Assembly: GCF_000143415.4 (NCBI RefSeq)
Contig: NW_003314394.1
Location: 37,694 to 101,693, forward strand
Source of the DNA: Selaginella moellendorffii
Lineage: Eukaryota; Plantae; Lycopodiophyta
Length of the DNA stretch: 64,000 nt
Direction: 5' to 3'
Shown piece by piece: positions 34,042 through 47,465 of the stretch. A program made the translations under genes and the position numbers. The notes under the pieces are model-generated. The model had not been told where the DNA came from. It was given only the letters and a program-made list of their open reading frames with translations, and ran no database searches. Within the stretch, counting starts at the first letter, position 1. Every line of letters begins with the position of its first letter.

Positions 34042-34869
34042 CCCGGCGGGTAGTTTACCCGAATCTGGGTGGCGGGCTTCTGGACTGATATGTCAATCTT
34101 CATTGCTGACTCGTTGCTGCGGCTAATGTAGCCCGTAAGCAAGAGATTTTGTATGTCCTCGATCGGATGGCCTTTTGGGTGGCGTCTGTTTGTGTTGTGG
34201 TTTGCTATGCTTGAGGGTCCGCCGGGAATTATTCCTGCTCCAGATCTGGAGGGGAATTGCCCGGGCTGACGGATTCCTCGTCTGTCGAGCGGGTATTCTC
34301 GACGAATTCGGCGGGCGGTCGGGTCAAGTGCTGCTCAACAGCTACCCAGACGGCGGCCTACTGATTGAGATCTTCGAGCGTGGTGCTCGGCTGTTCTGCT
34401 CCACACGGGACACCCAATTTCTCAAAGGAGAAGGTGCCGTGCTTTTGGGCGAAGATGGTGAACGAATTTGAGAGAGAAGGGAAGAGAGATGGATGTGGTG
34501 CTCTCGTGAATAATTCACGAGAGGGAGGCGCGGCTGGGGAAAGAACTCGATCAAATCCGAGGCTTAAGCCTGCGCCACGTGGCGTCTTATGACTGGCCAA
34601 TGATTATCAAATTCTGAGAATGGAACTGCAAAAGAATCTTTTCTGAATTTTGCAGATTCTTTGAGGAATTTCTTGGATTCCGACAGATTCCCCGGCAGAT
34701 CGACTCGCGCTGCCAGCTTGGCGTCCAAGCGCTGTGCGCCCGAGTGTTTCTCAGAGATAAAGAATGTATAATCTTGGGTCTTACGTGGCTGCCCAACTTC
34801 AAAGCAGATTTTATACACCCGATCTGGGTCTTGCCTGAACTTTGGAAATAGAATTTCTCTTTTTTGCTT

Positions 34870-34966
34870 TTCCCGTGTGCTCGGATTTGTGCTTTTCCCG
34901 TGTGCTCGGAGGTCAATGCTTATCCCGTGTGCTCGGAATTGACAATTGCTTATCCCGTGTGCTCGG
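34870..34966. repeat. Four tandem CCCGTGTGCTCGG units in the retroelement leader
   Basis: tcccgtgtgctcgg occurs four times, 25-30 nt apart. Confidence 0.85.
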
Positions 34967-35277
34967 AAGGCTCTCAAGCTTCAGAATTCCGGCAATGCTA
35001 CTCGCTGTGCGGCTTTGAGTGTCGGCACAGTGGCAATGCTGCTCGATTCAAAGCGTTTACACAGCTCTCAGCGGTGCCTCTGAAAACTTGGGCTCTGAAA
35101 TGGCTCTGAAAAGGCCAAGAAATTCTCCCAGTTGCTCGGGTCTTAGTTGTATGCCCGCTTCGGAACAGGTCGTATCCGCCCAGGAGGGCCTTAGATCCTG
35201 AATTCCGGAAACTCCTGATCTTTAAACAAAGATCCTCCACGCTGTCTTCTCGAAATCTTCATTCACATGGCCTGCCA

Positions 35278-35294
35278 TCCCATTGTGGTCGCCA
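35278..35294 (-). promoter_or_regulatory. Primer binding site, tRNA-Arg
   Basis: Plus strand TCCCATTGTGGTCGCCA resembles the plant tRNA-Arg 3' end (CCCACTGTGGTCG-CCA); it lies one base from the LTR terminal CA. Confidence 0.75.
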
Positions 35295-35639
35295 GTGAAA
35301 ACCATAAATTCTACACTAGCTAAGTTCAAAATGCCGAAAACAGATCACGATCAGACAGATTGATGAGCCGGAACTGCTGTCAGACGCCAAGCCGAGTCCT
35401 TACGCTTTCGATCCCTGAAATGTGGGTAAGGATGGGCTGTGGCAATGTGAAGAGATAAAAGTAGAAAGGCGGAGGATGGTATTGTATTAAAGATAGAAAG
35501 TCACAATAAGAGTCGGGGATGGAACTAGATGGGATAGGGATGGAAAAAGGATGGACTCAGGCTACTAAGCCGGAGCCTTATATAGTGGCCGAAGCCTTCA
35601 GTTACTCGACAGGCCGGGTAAGCTAATCGACCTGTCAGA

Positions 35640-38070
35640 AAATCTCTCTATATGAATTCACGTTTCCAGTTTGGTCGAGCAAGTATTGGTGCTCGAATCA
35701 GATGATTCTTCAACGTATGGAATGCTGCATCACATTCGGGAGTCCAGTTGAAGGTGTGTTGTTTCTTCAGTAAGTTGGTCATCGGCTTGCTGATCCTTAC
35801 ATAGTCTTGGATGAAGCATCTATGATATCCCATTTTTCCCAAAAATCTTCTGACACTTGAGACATCCACAGGTGGTTTCATGTTGAGGATGATCTCTGTC
35901 TTGGCTTTGTCAATTAGTATCCCTTGCTTGCAGATTATATGTCTGAATAGAACTCTGGATCTGACGAAGAAGGAACATTTCTCCTTGTTTGAAGCACTTT
36001 TGTAGGCATTCCAAGTGCCTTGCTTGGTTGTTGAAAACACTGAAATCGTCCATAAAAATGCGCATGAAATCTGTTAAGTATTCCTGAAAAGTTTCGGTGA
36101 TAATCCTTTGAAAGGTGAACAGAGTGTTGGTGAGGCCGAATGGCATGCGAAGATAAACATACGCTCCCCACAGGCTAATGAAAGCTGTTTTATGTTAATC
36201 TTCTTGTGCAATGTGCACTTAGTTGTAGCCGCTAAATCCATCAAGAAAAGAGTACATTTTGTGTCCAGCCACCGAATCTAGTATCTCGTCGGTAAACGGG
36301 ATTGGAAATGTGTCTATAGTTGTGCTCTCATTCAGCTTTTTGTAATTGACGCATATGCATAGTTTCCCATTCTTCTTTGGTACTATCACCAGGGGTGATA
36401 GCCACCGAGCGTTTTGTATTGGATGGATGAATTAAGCTTCAAGGAGCTTATCTAGTTCGGCTTTAACTTTCTCCTGAAAGTTCGGATTCATCTGATAGGC
36501 TCTCTGTTTCTTGGGTGTTGCTCCTGGGATGAGCTGAATGTGGTGTGTATAGAGGTCTGGGGGTATGCCCCGTAAGTCTTTGTAGGACCAGGTGAACACA
36601 TCTTGGTTGAGTCATAAAAGCTCAATGCCTCGTTGTCTGAACTCAGGATCTAATTCCTGAGCTATTTGAAGATTTCTGGGTTCCTCGATGGATCTGATAT
36701 TCATGGTGTCAAGGTCTTCATTGACTTTGATCTTGTTTTGTAAAGCATCACCTTGTCTAACCAGTGCTGGAGTTTCATCCAGGTTCATTGTGTGCGCTAC
36801 TGGCTGTAGTGCTTCGGGTGTTTGATATCAGGAGGCTCACGTTAGGCAACCTTTGGTTGTGATTGAGTAGTGATTTCGGGCTGTTTTCACCTTGCTTGAG
36901 GTAGAATTCGTCGTAAGTCAACCTGTGTGATTGGCTGTAGTTCCGGATAAGCTTGGAGAAGTTGTTGTTCTTGTACATCATCAAAGCCTTCATGCCAATC
37001 ATAAGGTTTGATGTGAGTAGGCTTGTTGCATTGAAGCACTTGTTTTGTGCGTGTTGTTGATAACTGAGGGGCATCAGGGTGTTGTTGCTCCCCCAAAAAT
37101 GTAAAATATCAGCATTGCGAAGCCATGTTCGGCCTAGAAGGACGTCATATGCTCCCTCTGCGTCCGTCATTTTTAAGATGATGAAGTTCAGCCTATACTT
37201 ATTTGCCTTGACTCGTATGGGGACATTCTGGATGATTCCGAATGGTCAGACCTGTCGTTGGTCAGCCATGATGACGTTGAATGGGGCTGGCTCACATGGT
37301 CCTGCTCCCAGAGCTTTGAAAGTTTTGTATTCCATGATATTAACGCCTGAACCACCATCGAGTACGGTGTCAATGATCTTGTTTTTGCCGATGGTAATGT
37401 TAATGCATGGAGAATCTCCATCATAGTCACTGGGTTGTATTTTGGCTTGGAGTACCTGAACTTTCGGCTGGGTATTCCGAGGTTTTGTCTGTGACTGTGT
37501 GGCATTTAAGATTTGCAATGTTATTTCTTTCCACTTCGGGATTGTTTTCATCGTCGGACTCAGGTTTGGCTTGCCGAGCGCGAGCTCAGGTAATTGCTCG
37601 AACGACTGGTTGCTGTTCGTAGTATTCTGTTTGATCACTTGCTGGTGGTTCGACAACCTCAACCAACCGAGTTGTTGGTTACTCAGGTAATTGCTCGAAC
37701 GACTGGTTGCTGTTCGTAGTATTCTGTTTGATCACTTGCTGGTGGTTCGACAACCTCAACCGACCGAGTTGTTGGTTACTGCGGTCTAGGTGCCTGGCAA
37801 AGTATGGTGCAAGTTGGAGTATCTGTTGCAAGGTCAATGTAATTCCTTCCACTTCAGGATTGTTTTCATCGTCAGACTCAGGTTTGGCTTGCCGAGCGCG
37901 AGCTCGGGTAATAGCTCAAACGACTGGTTGCTGTTCGTAGTATTCTGTTTGATCACTTGCTGGTGGTTCGACAACCTCAACCGACCGAGTTGTTGGTTAC
38001 TGCGGTCTAGGTGCCTATGCCAGAGGTTGATCTCAGGTTTGATATTGCATTCTCTACCCAAGTGGTCCCT
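35640..38070 (-). mobile_element. Second, related gypsy copy (protease-RT region), degenerate
   Basis: VLDGGSGVNIMEYKTFKALG, YDVLLGRTWL, MPFGLTNTLFTFQ, FMDDFSVF, FLGKMGYHR; clearly paralogous to 30060-31400. Confidence 0.9.
37530..38016. repeat. Three near-identical ~100-165 bp duplications in the gag-protease linker
   Basis: acgactggttgctgttcgtagtattctgtttgatcacttgctggtggttcgacaacctcaacc recurs at ~37602, ~37699 and ~37920. Confidence 0.9.
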
Positions 38071-39905
38071 CTAGATCCACCATGTTGAATATTCTTTCAG
38101 AATATTCTTGCCCCACTTGTCAGCCACGAGAATCGAATTGGGCTCCAATACCAATGTTAAGATCCTATCCCTTATACCCTAAGCCAATTGGCTAAAGGGG
38201 TGATCACTTGATTGTAAAGCCCTTTCTTTATCTTATTATCTTGACCTGGTGCCTAACATTGTGGTTGTGGTATTCTCTCATACTGTTGGTAATTTGGAGC
38301 TTGTTGGTATGGTTGGCCTTGGTATCCATGATTTGAATATTGTTAGTTTTGTTGCATTTAGATACCTTACCGTTCCTTCCTTTGAAGCTTTCACCTTTGC
38401 TAAATTCAAGTATTTGGGAATCTATTTTTGGAAATATATTTCCTTTCCTACAATTTATTAGTATCCACCACATATATGTTCTTTCCCTAACTTATCATTT
38501 AGATTCCTTTCAATGATTTCTATAGCCCATTCTTGACCATTAGCCTTTTACTCATATCTTTTGATTGTTACACTATGTAACATAGAATCACTACCTTTAT
38601 CCTTGAGGTATCCTTTAGTTCTATAGCAAAGGCTCTACTTTGCTAAGTCTAAAGTTTTTAGTAAGTCTCTTTAGCATTTTTTACTATAAGTTTTATCTAT
38701 GACTCAACTTTGTGTCCTTTCTATGGGTCATTTTTAAAGACTACTTCCTTGGACTCATAATATTATTGCATTATCACATCTCATTTCCTTTAGGTGTCCT
38801 TTCCACTTTGTCATCTTGACCAAGTCATATTATTACCAATAGTTCAAATCAACACTTTGAACTAGGAATTTTATTCCTTAACCTAACAAAGATTTTGTCT
38901 TTGTTTTGCCATAAAATCATTTAGTGATCTCACTTTGACACTTTAACAAGTTTGCCAATAAGTATTAGGTCTACTAAACCTCTAAGTTGTTGACCATGAC
39001 ATTAGGGACATCCTTTACACTTAGCAGTAAGCCCAAGCTAGCCCTTTGGTTAAGGGTCAATAGCAATTGAGACTGGGTTCCCCCATCTCATTCACCATGT
39101 TCTCGTTGTCACATGCACCAAAGTGTTCAAATTAAATATGCCAAGCTTTCACTCTAACCAATTTAACCATGCATCACAACTCTGAAATGTTCCTCAGTTG
39201 GCAGTGTGCCCAAGCCAGGCTCCTTATTAAGAGTCCATAATCATTGAAAAGTAAGTGTTCTCATATTCCAAACCATCATCACGCCTTAGTGAGTTAGGAC
39301 TTGAACCCAATATAGTGCACGTCGTTTTCACCCTTTACTCTATGGTGATTAACCATAAGATAACAATGAAGCAAAACTTAAACCTTTGATGTGCCACATG
39401 TTATATTCCGCATGCCATGTGCCATATGTCCAAAGACAATGGAGTGAAACCTAAGTTTCAGAGCCTTGGGCTACTAAATGAAGGAACGGAGCCAAACTCT
39501 TAAGCAATAAAGCCAAGGAGCAAAGGTATTGGAGCACAGAGCAACTCCTATATGTATAGCCCAAGGAGTAAAGGGATAGGAGCATGAAGTGCATTGGAAC
39601 AGTCTTAGAGCATCTAACATCCCAATGCCAATACTAGCAAGCAAAATGGAGACAAACGGAGTTTAACACTATTTGAATATACTAGTGGATTAACATGAGG
39701 ATATAGATACTCCACCAGCTAGCATAGTGTGGAACTTGGGTTTACACCCAAACCGGATGCAAAACAAGGATAAGCATGCAAGCTAGAGATAAATTATACC
39801 TCAAGTTGATTAACCATACCTAACCTACCCACTATTTCTACTATACATTTGGAACCCCTTATAATGCCTCCCCCCCTAAGGACCACATCCTTTGGGCTTT
39901 CACCT
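38070..39905 (-). mobile_element. AT-rich decayed LTR-retrotransposon fragments
   Basis: iMet-type PBS (plus strand ggctccaatacca, 38141-38153) next to TGTTAA; Gln-rich gag-like frame at 38228-38473; ~39825-39905 is the reverse complement of ~5115-5210. Confidence 0.5.
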
Positions 39906-42111
39906 TTAGCCACCTTTAGTACCAGAAGTTAATCTCTGGGACAAACTTAAAACTTACTAAATATGAAATGGCATTAGATTGCAAATTTAGACATAGGACA
40001 AATACCATTGTGTTCAAGATAATCTTTACATTCCATAAATATGCCAAATTAGTAAATCTAGAGACTTTCTATAAATAACAATTAAGACCGAATAAGACTA
40101 ACACAAAGGGCATGATAGCGAGGGTGTTTAGTAAACACGGTAAGTTATTATCATCTAGCGATATTGAGGGACCAGTCTCAATACGTAAGAGTTTTTGTCA
40201 AGCCAATGCAAGATAAAGCAAAAGTGAATTAAGAGTTAGACCGAGTATGCTCAGCAAGAAACACATAAAAGTTCTTACCTTATGTTCATTTGGCTAAGTA
40301 TAGGTGCTAATACCAGTTTATTAACATTTGAATAAAAAGGACTAATAAAGGGTCTAGCAATATCGACCTCTTGCCGTTATAGCATAAGGAAAGAATATCC
40401 GAAAGGACTAGCTAATAGGTAACTTTCAATATCTATAGTCACATTTATGACACTCTCCTCCTCTTAAGGAAAATTGACGTCTTTGTTAATGCATAATGTA
40501 GTTTAGAACACCATCAAGGAAACAACTCTAGAAAAAGTTCATGGTATTTACACTTTATGAGAAATGCACCAATTTAAATGAGTTATGAGGCAACCTTTTT
40601 CTCTAATGCAAATGTGCTACTAACTCAAACACCTTTTGGTCATTGCCAATAAGGAAATGACCAACGGAGTTAACCACCCTTGCTACTTTGGATGTTATCT
40701 AGCTTACAAAAGTGTGATATGCCTCTGCCCATAGGGATATAGAGAGAAAAGCTAAAGGCTCCAGAATAAAAGAAATTAAACTCATTGGTAAGGTTTAGAT
40801 AAACTACTGTAAACAAGCTGTTAGAGTTGTTTACACGATCATGCCCTTTTAACTAAATAAGGAATATCGAGAGACAGGCGGGTGATGTGACCAATCCCCA
40901 TTACTAAAGATTTCACTATACACATGAAATATCAAAGAAAGTCTACCTATACTGGCCCAAACCCAAAGATCAAGAAATGGACAATATCAAAGTTAAAGAC
41001 AATGATATCAAAGACTTGATTATCAATGAATAAATCTTAGATTAAAACACAAAATTATTCCAAGTAAGTTATCATCCGATAAACTAGAATTATAGTATAG
41101 AAATCACTAAAATCATCATAATTGGAAAATATAGGATTCATTGTCCAACAAAATTCAATAGTCAATGTATCATCAAGAAAACTTAATGATAAACTTAACT
41201 ATCAAATATTTCAAATAGCATGCTAAACAACTTATGTAAAATAACTCTAAAAACACAAAGTATTATCAACTGGCAAGAAAAGTGCTTGCGAATGTATCAC
41301 CCAAAGGAAATAATATCTAATCTAACAAAACCAATTTAAATAATAATCAACAGAACAAAATAAATATAGTCCATAATATCCTCTTCCACACATCCACCTT
41401 TAGTACCAAAAGTTAGTCTCTAGGACACACTTGGATCTTTCCTGTGTGGCAAATTGAGATGAATAAACAAAAGCTAGAAGCGGAGAAAGAGGGAAAAGTT
41501 CTATCCCAAGGTTGTAGAGCGCTTGGATTCACGACCGATCAAATGCCACAAATGCGATGGTGGCAGCGACATCCAAATCACGGCCATGGCACCAAAATCT
41601 GGATCGATTGAACCCTAGAACCTGCGAGGAGCTGAAATCCTATAACCAAGGGTGAAATAGATTGCACCCACCTCTTGGTAGAAGAGCGCCATGGCGTGTG
41701 GATCATCCGCCTCCCTCGCGATGTGCTGCAAGCAAACCCCTGCTATTGGCGCCATTTTAACTTTGATTTTATCCGCCCTAAGCGTTCTGGACGGGACACG
41801 CGGCAAAGTGCATGCAATGTTACCTGACACTTTGTTTCAAAATTTTCTTCTTATCAACTAGGTTGTAGTGGTGTAATCTTGTGGATCTTTCTAATGTTTG
41901 ATTGCAAGATGATATTACTTTTGGTGCGATGTTAAATTTCTGTAAGATAAACTGAATTTCATGGCATTCATTCAAAAGCAAAAAGAAAAGTAAAAAATAG
42001 CACAAATATAGAAAATTTTCAAATTTTCTTTCGATTTGAATTTTGGCGCGAATCTAACCCATACCACTAGGATCGCGATTTTTTTTATTGATTTCTCAAG
42101 GTCAAACGGTG

Positions 42112-43583
42112 ATGGCCATCGCCTTGAGCTCCGTCGGCGCTGGCACTGTGCGGCGCTGCGATGATTCTCACAGCGGCGCGGCTGGAATTCGATCGGGAGT
42201 TGGAGCGCGGGTGAGCTGCGCGGCTCGCAAGGTCAGATTTCTTGCCCTAGGTTCCGCGTCGATCGATCAGTTTGAAGGTAGGAATTCAAGCGCCAAAGCC
42301 GATGGAGGATTGGCGACGAAGGAGCTGCTAGCTTGTCCGATTTGTTTCGATGCACTGCTGTGCAAGGGTCCTCCGGGAATCACTCAGTAAGTTCTGGGAA
42401 GATTTTAGTACCGTTCTAAAGGAGTTTGCGCCCAGGTTTGCGATATCAAAGTCTGAATTTCAATGCTCTACGAGCAAGCGATCGTTTCGTCTAGAAACGA
42501 GTATCTAGATTTCATTTCTCACAATATTTGTGTATAGACCATAAAACTTTTTTTGTATCAGTATATATAACAAGATTTCCATCAATTTGTAAAATAAGTA
42601 CACAATTGCCTTCATAAAAGAAAATATTTTCAGGTGGCAATGACTATGTGGAAGTTCCTCCCGAGTGGCACCGAACTTTTCAGGTTTGGTCGTAGAATTT
42701 CTGGATTGTGAGTAAGAGCTAACGTGAGGTTTGGCGTAGAAATCCTCTTGTTTCTTTGATTTATGAGCGAGGCTGGCGACAAAACTTCGAAAGGAGTGGA
42801 TTCCCTGGTCAGGTTTGCGAAAGAATTTTGTTATGTTTGAGATTGAAGAGTACGTGATGTGTTTCAGCTTAAAATGGCCTTGGAGTATCTTCGACCAGCT
42901 TTTGGAGGTGTCATAGTGGATGTGAGCTGTGGGAGTGGTCTCTTCACTCGTCGATTGGCATAGTGTGGTTCGTTTGCAGCAGTAATCGCATTAGACTTCT
43001 CCGAGAGCATGCTACAGCAATGCGCTGAGTTCGTCAAACAGGACAAGTCTCTGAGAACAGCGTACGATTCGAACCACCTGTGGTCTGTCGTTCTCTTTGG
43101 ACAAAATGGTTAGTGATTCTTCGTTTTTTTCTGTCCGCAGAGATATCGCCTTGGTTCGAGCGGATGTTATTCGTCTTCCTTTTGCGTCCGGAACCGTTTC
43201 TGCTATTCATGCTGGTGCTGCATTGCATTGCTGGCCATCTCTTTCATCCGCAGTGAGTGTTTGAGCAGTAAACACGTTTCCTTAGTTAAAGAAACGTGAA
43301 AATTTTGAGGTGGCAGAGATATGCAGAGTCTGAAACCGGGCGGAGTTTTTGTAGCGACAACGTTCTTGTCGAACTCGATCTTTTCCTTCCTACCTGTAAG
43401 CAAGTAAACGCATAAAGTTCGAAATTCTGGCTTACTTTGAATGCCACGCAGAAACGAAGATCATCGAGTTTGAGATACTGGACCGAAAAAGAACTCGAAG
43501 AACTGTGCAAGCTGTGTGGACTAGTCGACTACCAGAAGAAGATGAAAGGAAACTATATTATGCTCTCAGCTCGAAAACAATAA
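42112..43583 (+). pseudogene. Class I SAM-dependent methyltransferase (plastid At2g41040/At1g78140-like), pseudogenised
   Basis: Transit-peptide-like start, LACPICF...GPPG, motif I VDVSCGSGLF, ALDFSESML, RADVIRLPF, HAGAALHCWPS, KPGGVFVATTFL, YWTEKELEELCKLCGL; short GT-AG introns. Premature TAG at 42961 and an apparent 1-nt deletion near 43330. Confidence 0.9.
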
Positions 43584-43769
43584 AGATGTTCGGTAAGGCT
43601 CGCTTTACGCCTGTAGAACCAAACCTTCGCTTCGTCCATTGCAGCTGAAGAAGACACAGTCCATTCTTGCAGCCGAGTTGCGATCGTGCAGCCCTTTCAA
43701 AGGACTTGACGAGAGCGAAGAAAATTCACCAAGCCATTCTCAGGAACGAGCAACACAGGAAGGACAGGT

Positions 43770-44090
43770 AACTCAACAATCTGGTCATTGAAACTTATGG
43801 CAAGTGTGGGAGCTTGACAGAAGCGTGCAATGCCTTCGACAGTCCCCCAACGTTTTCAGCTGGACCATCACAGTCACCGCGTTTAGGATGCGCTTGACTC
43901 AATGCCCGAGAAGAACATCGGGAACCGAGGTGGTGGAAAGTGATCCTCAAAGAATTCGATGGTGGCTGGTTATCCTCAGGCTGGGAAACTGGAAGAGGCT
44001 AATGTGGTTGAAGATTACTCCGAGCTCCGCGCCAAAAAAGATGCTTTTCGAAATTGTCGATCTTGGCCGTCGGATTGGAAATGTATCGGA
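43770..44090 (+). pseudogene. PLS-class pentatricopeptide repeat fragment
   Basis: NNLVIETYGKCGSLTEA...FDS-PNVFSWTI, MPEKN and MVAGYPQAGKLEEA motifs, frameshifted. Confidence 0.75.
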
Positions 44091-45559
44091 CGGCTAGGAT
44101 CTGATAAGATTCAAAGAAGCAATGCCCTTGGAAAAGATCCAAAGTGATCCAAACCCTTTTCCAAGGGCATCACTTTGGATCAGGAGTGTGAGTTCTTCAG
44201 GTTAAAATCAAGCCCGTTGCTTCTCCTCTGCCGCAAAATTCACAAAACGACCAGGGATGCATATATAGGTAGAATTATGATTTTGGATTTTTTTACTATG
44301 AAGGATTGCATGATATGGCTTCTGGAGTCACTTGAGCATTGTGAAGTATTATTTCATTTGAACGAGGAGAAGTAAGTCGTGTAGCAAAAGGGATCTTAGA
44401 AAAAGTTTTTGATCGCTCGTCTTCACAGAATGTTAATGGCGGGGCTGCTCTATAACAGGATCTATGTAATGCCCAGCTCGTGGAGAACACGAAGCCTTGG
44501 AAGAAGAGACTGTTAAAGTCTGCCCAGAAGTGAGCTGTGGAAAAATCAATCAACGTAATAAGCCAGTATGTAATAAGCCAGTAAAGGACTGGCACTTGAA
44601 TATTCTTTATGAATATTTTTGATAATTTGCAGATTCTATCATCAAGTAATTTACATTAATCTCGTGTTTATGATTTCTAAAAAACCTAATATATTCCAAT
44701 TTGAACCATTTATGTAATTAGATTAATCTTGAATTATAAATATTTCTATACTAAATAACCAAGCCAGAAAATTATTATAATAGGACAAAAGTCTTTCTTA
44801 GGTTAACGTTTACGAGATGAAGTGGAGCGAGGTTCCTGAGCACTCTAAGATGATGTTTGTGTTAGCGAATCTCTCATGACTTGTGTGCAGGTCAAGGATG
44901 ACAGATCGCTCCTTGATCCAATCGTGTTAGTGAGAGGCATGGCGGACAGTCAGTTTTGGCTCTCCATGGACAACTATCGTAAGAGGTGGAGAGCGATGAA
45001 TGATCCCTGGTCACTTAAGTGCTCACACGATGATGAGCCCGTTCGTAGAGGAGATAGTGTGCTGGCTCCGGTGTTCACTATTGTAGACGACGCTCACCAT
45101 TCAAACCCGGGAGCAGGCACAAGCCAACCTCATGAGCTTCGCTGTCGTGTTTAATGCCCCAGGAGAGGGCAGCGGCGCTAGTGCAGCTTCACGCAAAGTC
45201 TAGTGGAGCGGTGACCATTGCTCCGCTTTTTCCAAGTCCTTGTGTACTCCCTCGGCGTCTACCATCTTCACAAACACAGCAAGCATTGCATTGCAGAAAA
45301 CAAGATTCTTCTTGTGCATCAAATTGAAGGGATTTTGAGCTTGCTCCAGATAGCATGACGGGGCATATGCAGCAAACATGAGTTTTAAGAGACTAGATTC
45401 TACCGTGGCATCCTCTCAAAAGCTTCTTAAATGTACCCAACTCTTGTCTACGACCACCAAGGCTAGGAGCTCCTTGCAGTCGAGTCACCAACAGCGTTCG
45501 TTCCTCGCCTCATCCGGGCGGCTGCAGATGGGAGCTCCAGGCTCTAACCTTCGGCGGGA

Positions 45560-46300
45560 GGTTGGCGCGACTCGTGCAAGCCATCACGGAGTCAGACTTG
45601 GAAACTGCGTACGCAGCCGTAGATCTCTTAGCAACTTGAACATGCTGATACAAGACAGCAGAGAGGCCCCATTGCTTGAAAGTGGACGAAGATTCGAATT
45701 TGGGTGACATTTCTTTCTTGTCACCACCTTTACATTCTCACTCGTATGGTTGGCTCTGTTTCCAGTTCTACCCACCTGGCCGTTCCTCTATGCCAGCGCC
45801 CATCAAATGGATGACTTGGTCAAGCTCTTCAAGCCCATGGCGCAGCCTCTCGAGACTCTCACCAGCTGGCACTTCTGCAACGCTCGCGATCCCGAGCATC
45901 TGGAGATCTTGCTCAAGCTCCCCCATATGGATCCCAACCGGACCTCGCCGGAGGGCTCGCTCCCCCTCATCGCTGCACTGTATCGACTAGAACTGGAGAA
46001 TGTCAAACTGCGGATAGCTGCTGGGGCCGATCCAACGCTGCCGACTTACGATGGTATACTTTGCCCACTCGCCAGAGCGGCATATTCGAATGAGGATGAC
46101 CAGATATTGCGAACCATGGCAGCAATATCAACGTGGACGCAGGGTATATTCTCTGGAGGGCCTGCTTGTCTCGGAAGGCTGGAGTGTGTCGAATCTTACT
46201 TTAGTGCGGTCGATGGACGTTGACGTGGATTAGACTTGAGGTCTGCTTTCAGAGATCTCTTCCACTCGTCCAACACGCCCATGCCGGATTGCCTGCTATC
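45560..46300 (+). pseudogene. Ankyrin-repeat gene fragment
   Basis: MDPNRTSPEGSLPLIAALYRLELENVKLRIAAGADPT and CPLARAAYSNEDDQILR follow the ankyrin consensus; surrounding frames are broken. Confidence 0.65.
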
Positions 46301-46901
46301 CACAGGAGGTAAGAAAATGCTTGTTTCTTCATCTTTGGTTCTACGTTTGTGTTTTTTGTAGAGTGCAGCAACGAGGTGCAGGGCGCACAGGCACCTCAAC
46401 ACAGGAGCCAGCAAAAGCAACCAAGATCGTCAAGACTGCCCAACAAGGTCGAGGAAAGTTTGCTTCCAAGTCCTATGAGATTGGAAAGGTGAAAGGTTTG
46501 TTGATTCTAATGTCCCCCCAGACATTAGAAAAGATAGATTAACAAGAGCAATTGGATTAAAAAATATCTTTAAATATACTTAGATACTTTAGGTATATCC
46601 TAGGTTAAACTAAAAAACAGTATATAATTGGTATAAGCATTTTTATTAATCTGTCAGAATTTATACTGAGAAAAATACATGAATAAAAAATTACAAAATT
46701 TGGTGATTTCTAGTCAAATAGTCTAATATTCCACTCTTCCTCGTGACTTCCCTTCTCCTCATGCATTGCTCTCTAGGAGATGGGAAAATTTGATGTTGTA
46801 AATCTATTTAATTAATATGTAGTATTCTATACCATTAACTCAACACTAATTTGATTAATGGCTGTATAATTTCTTGTGCACTTAATTGTTGTCAAATAAC
46901 C

Positions 46902-47465
46902 ATGGCTTTCACTTCATTCACTTCACTTGCTTCATTCATTTCATTTCTTGCTTGCATCTTAGTCCTTATTTCAGATGCCTAAGGCACACTAGCAAGCATA
47001 CTAGCAAACAGTAATGTCAATATTAATCAACTCGTTATCTTAAGATCTTTCTTTCTTTCTTTATTGCAGAAGTGCTACTTGTTTGACGCCACAACTCTAT
47101 TCCTCTTTGAGAATTCATTTGGCATTAGTCCTGCCACCTTACAGAAATGGCTTCACAGTCTATATCAACAGCACTCTCAACATCATGGCTACTTACAGGG
47201 CGTGTTTTTCATCACCAGCAATATGACCCTCTCACATCTTACAGCAGAGCTTGAGTTCTTGCCTGGATTTCCATATGCTAGAGCACTTCTCATATGGTCA
47301 AGAAAGGTCAACTTTGCTGCAGGCCTTGCTATTACTGGAGGATAGGGCACATTTGAAGGAGCAACTGGATCAGTGATTGATACAAGGCTCTATGATTCTT
47401 TTATTGGTGAATCATGGTTACTTCATGCCAACTTTTGTATCCCAACTCAATGGCAGAAGTTAAGT
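46902..47465 (+). pseudogene. Secreted dirigent/allene-oxide-cyclase-fold protein pseudogene
   Basis: Signal peptide MAFTSFTSLASFISFLACILVLISDA followed by TAA (46980); short intron ~47012-47069; LAITGG*GTFEGATGSV matches the dirigent/AOC AITGGTGxFxGAxG motif, with TAG at 47343. Confidence 0.65.

Larger units (their letters stand above)
30060..35637 (-). mobile_element. Tat-like Ty3/gypsy element: 5' LTR, PBS, extra ORF, gag, protease, RT (3' truncated)
   Basis: LTR ~35296-35637 (TGACA...TTTCA, TATATAA); two CCHC knuckles CTRCRNEDHTNAEC and CEICDIEGHTAKQC; protease LIDGGSGVNIM; RT FLDGFSGYNQV, MPFGLTNAPFTFQ, LLGHVV. Confidence 0.92.

Noticed and set aside
34870-34966. CRISPR-like repeat spacing
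   Set aside because: 13-bp repeats with short related spacers in a retroelement leader of a eukaryote; no cas genes.
42042-42049. E2F-like site TTTGGCGC
   Set aside because: Single 8-mer upstream of a pseudogene; expected by chance.
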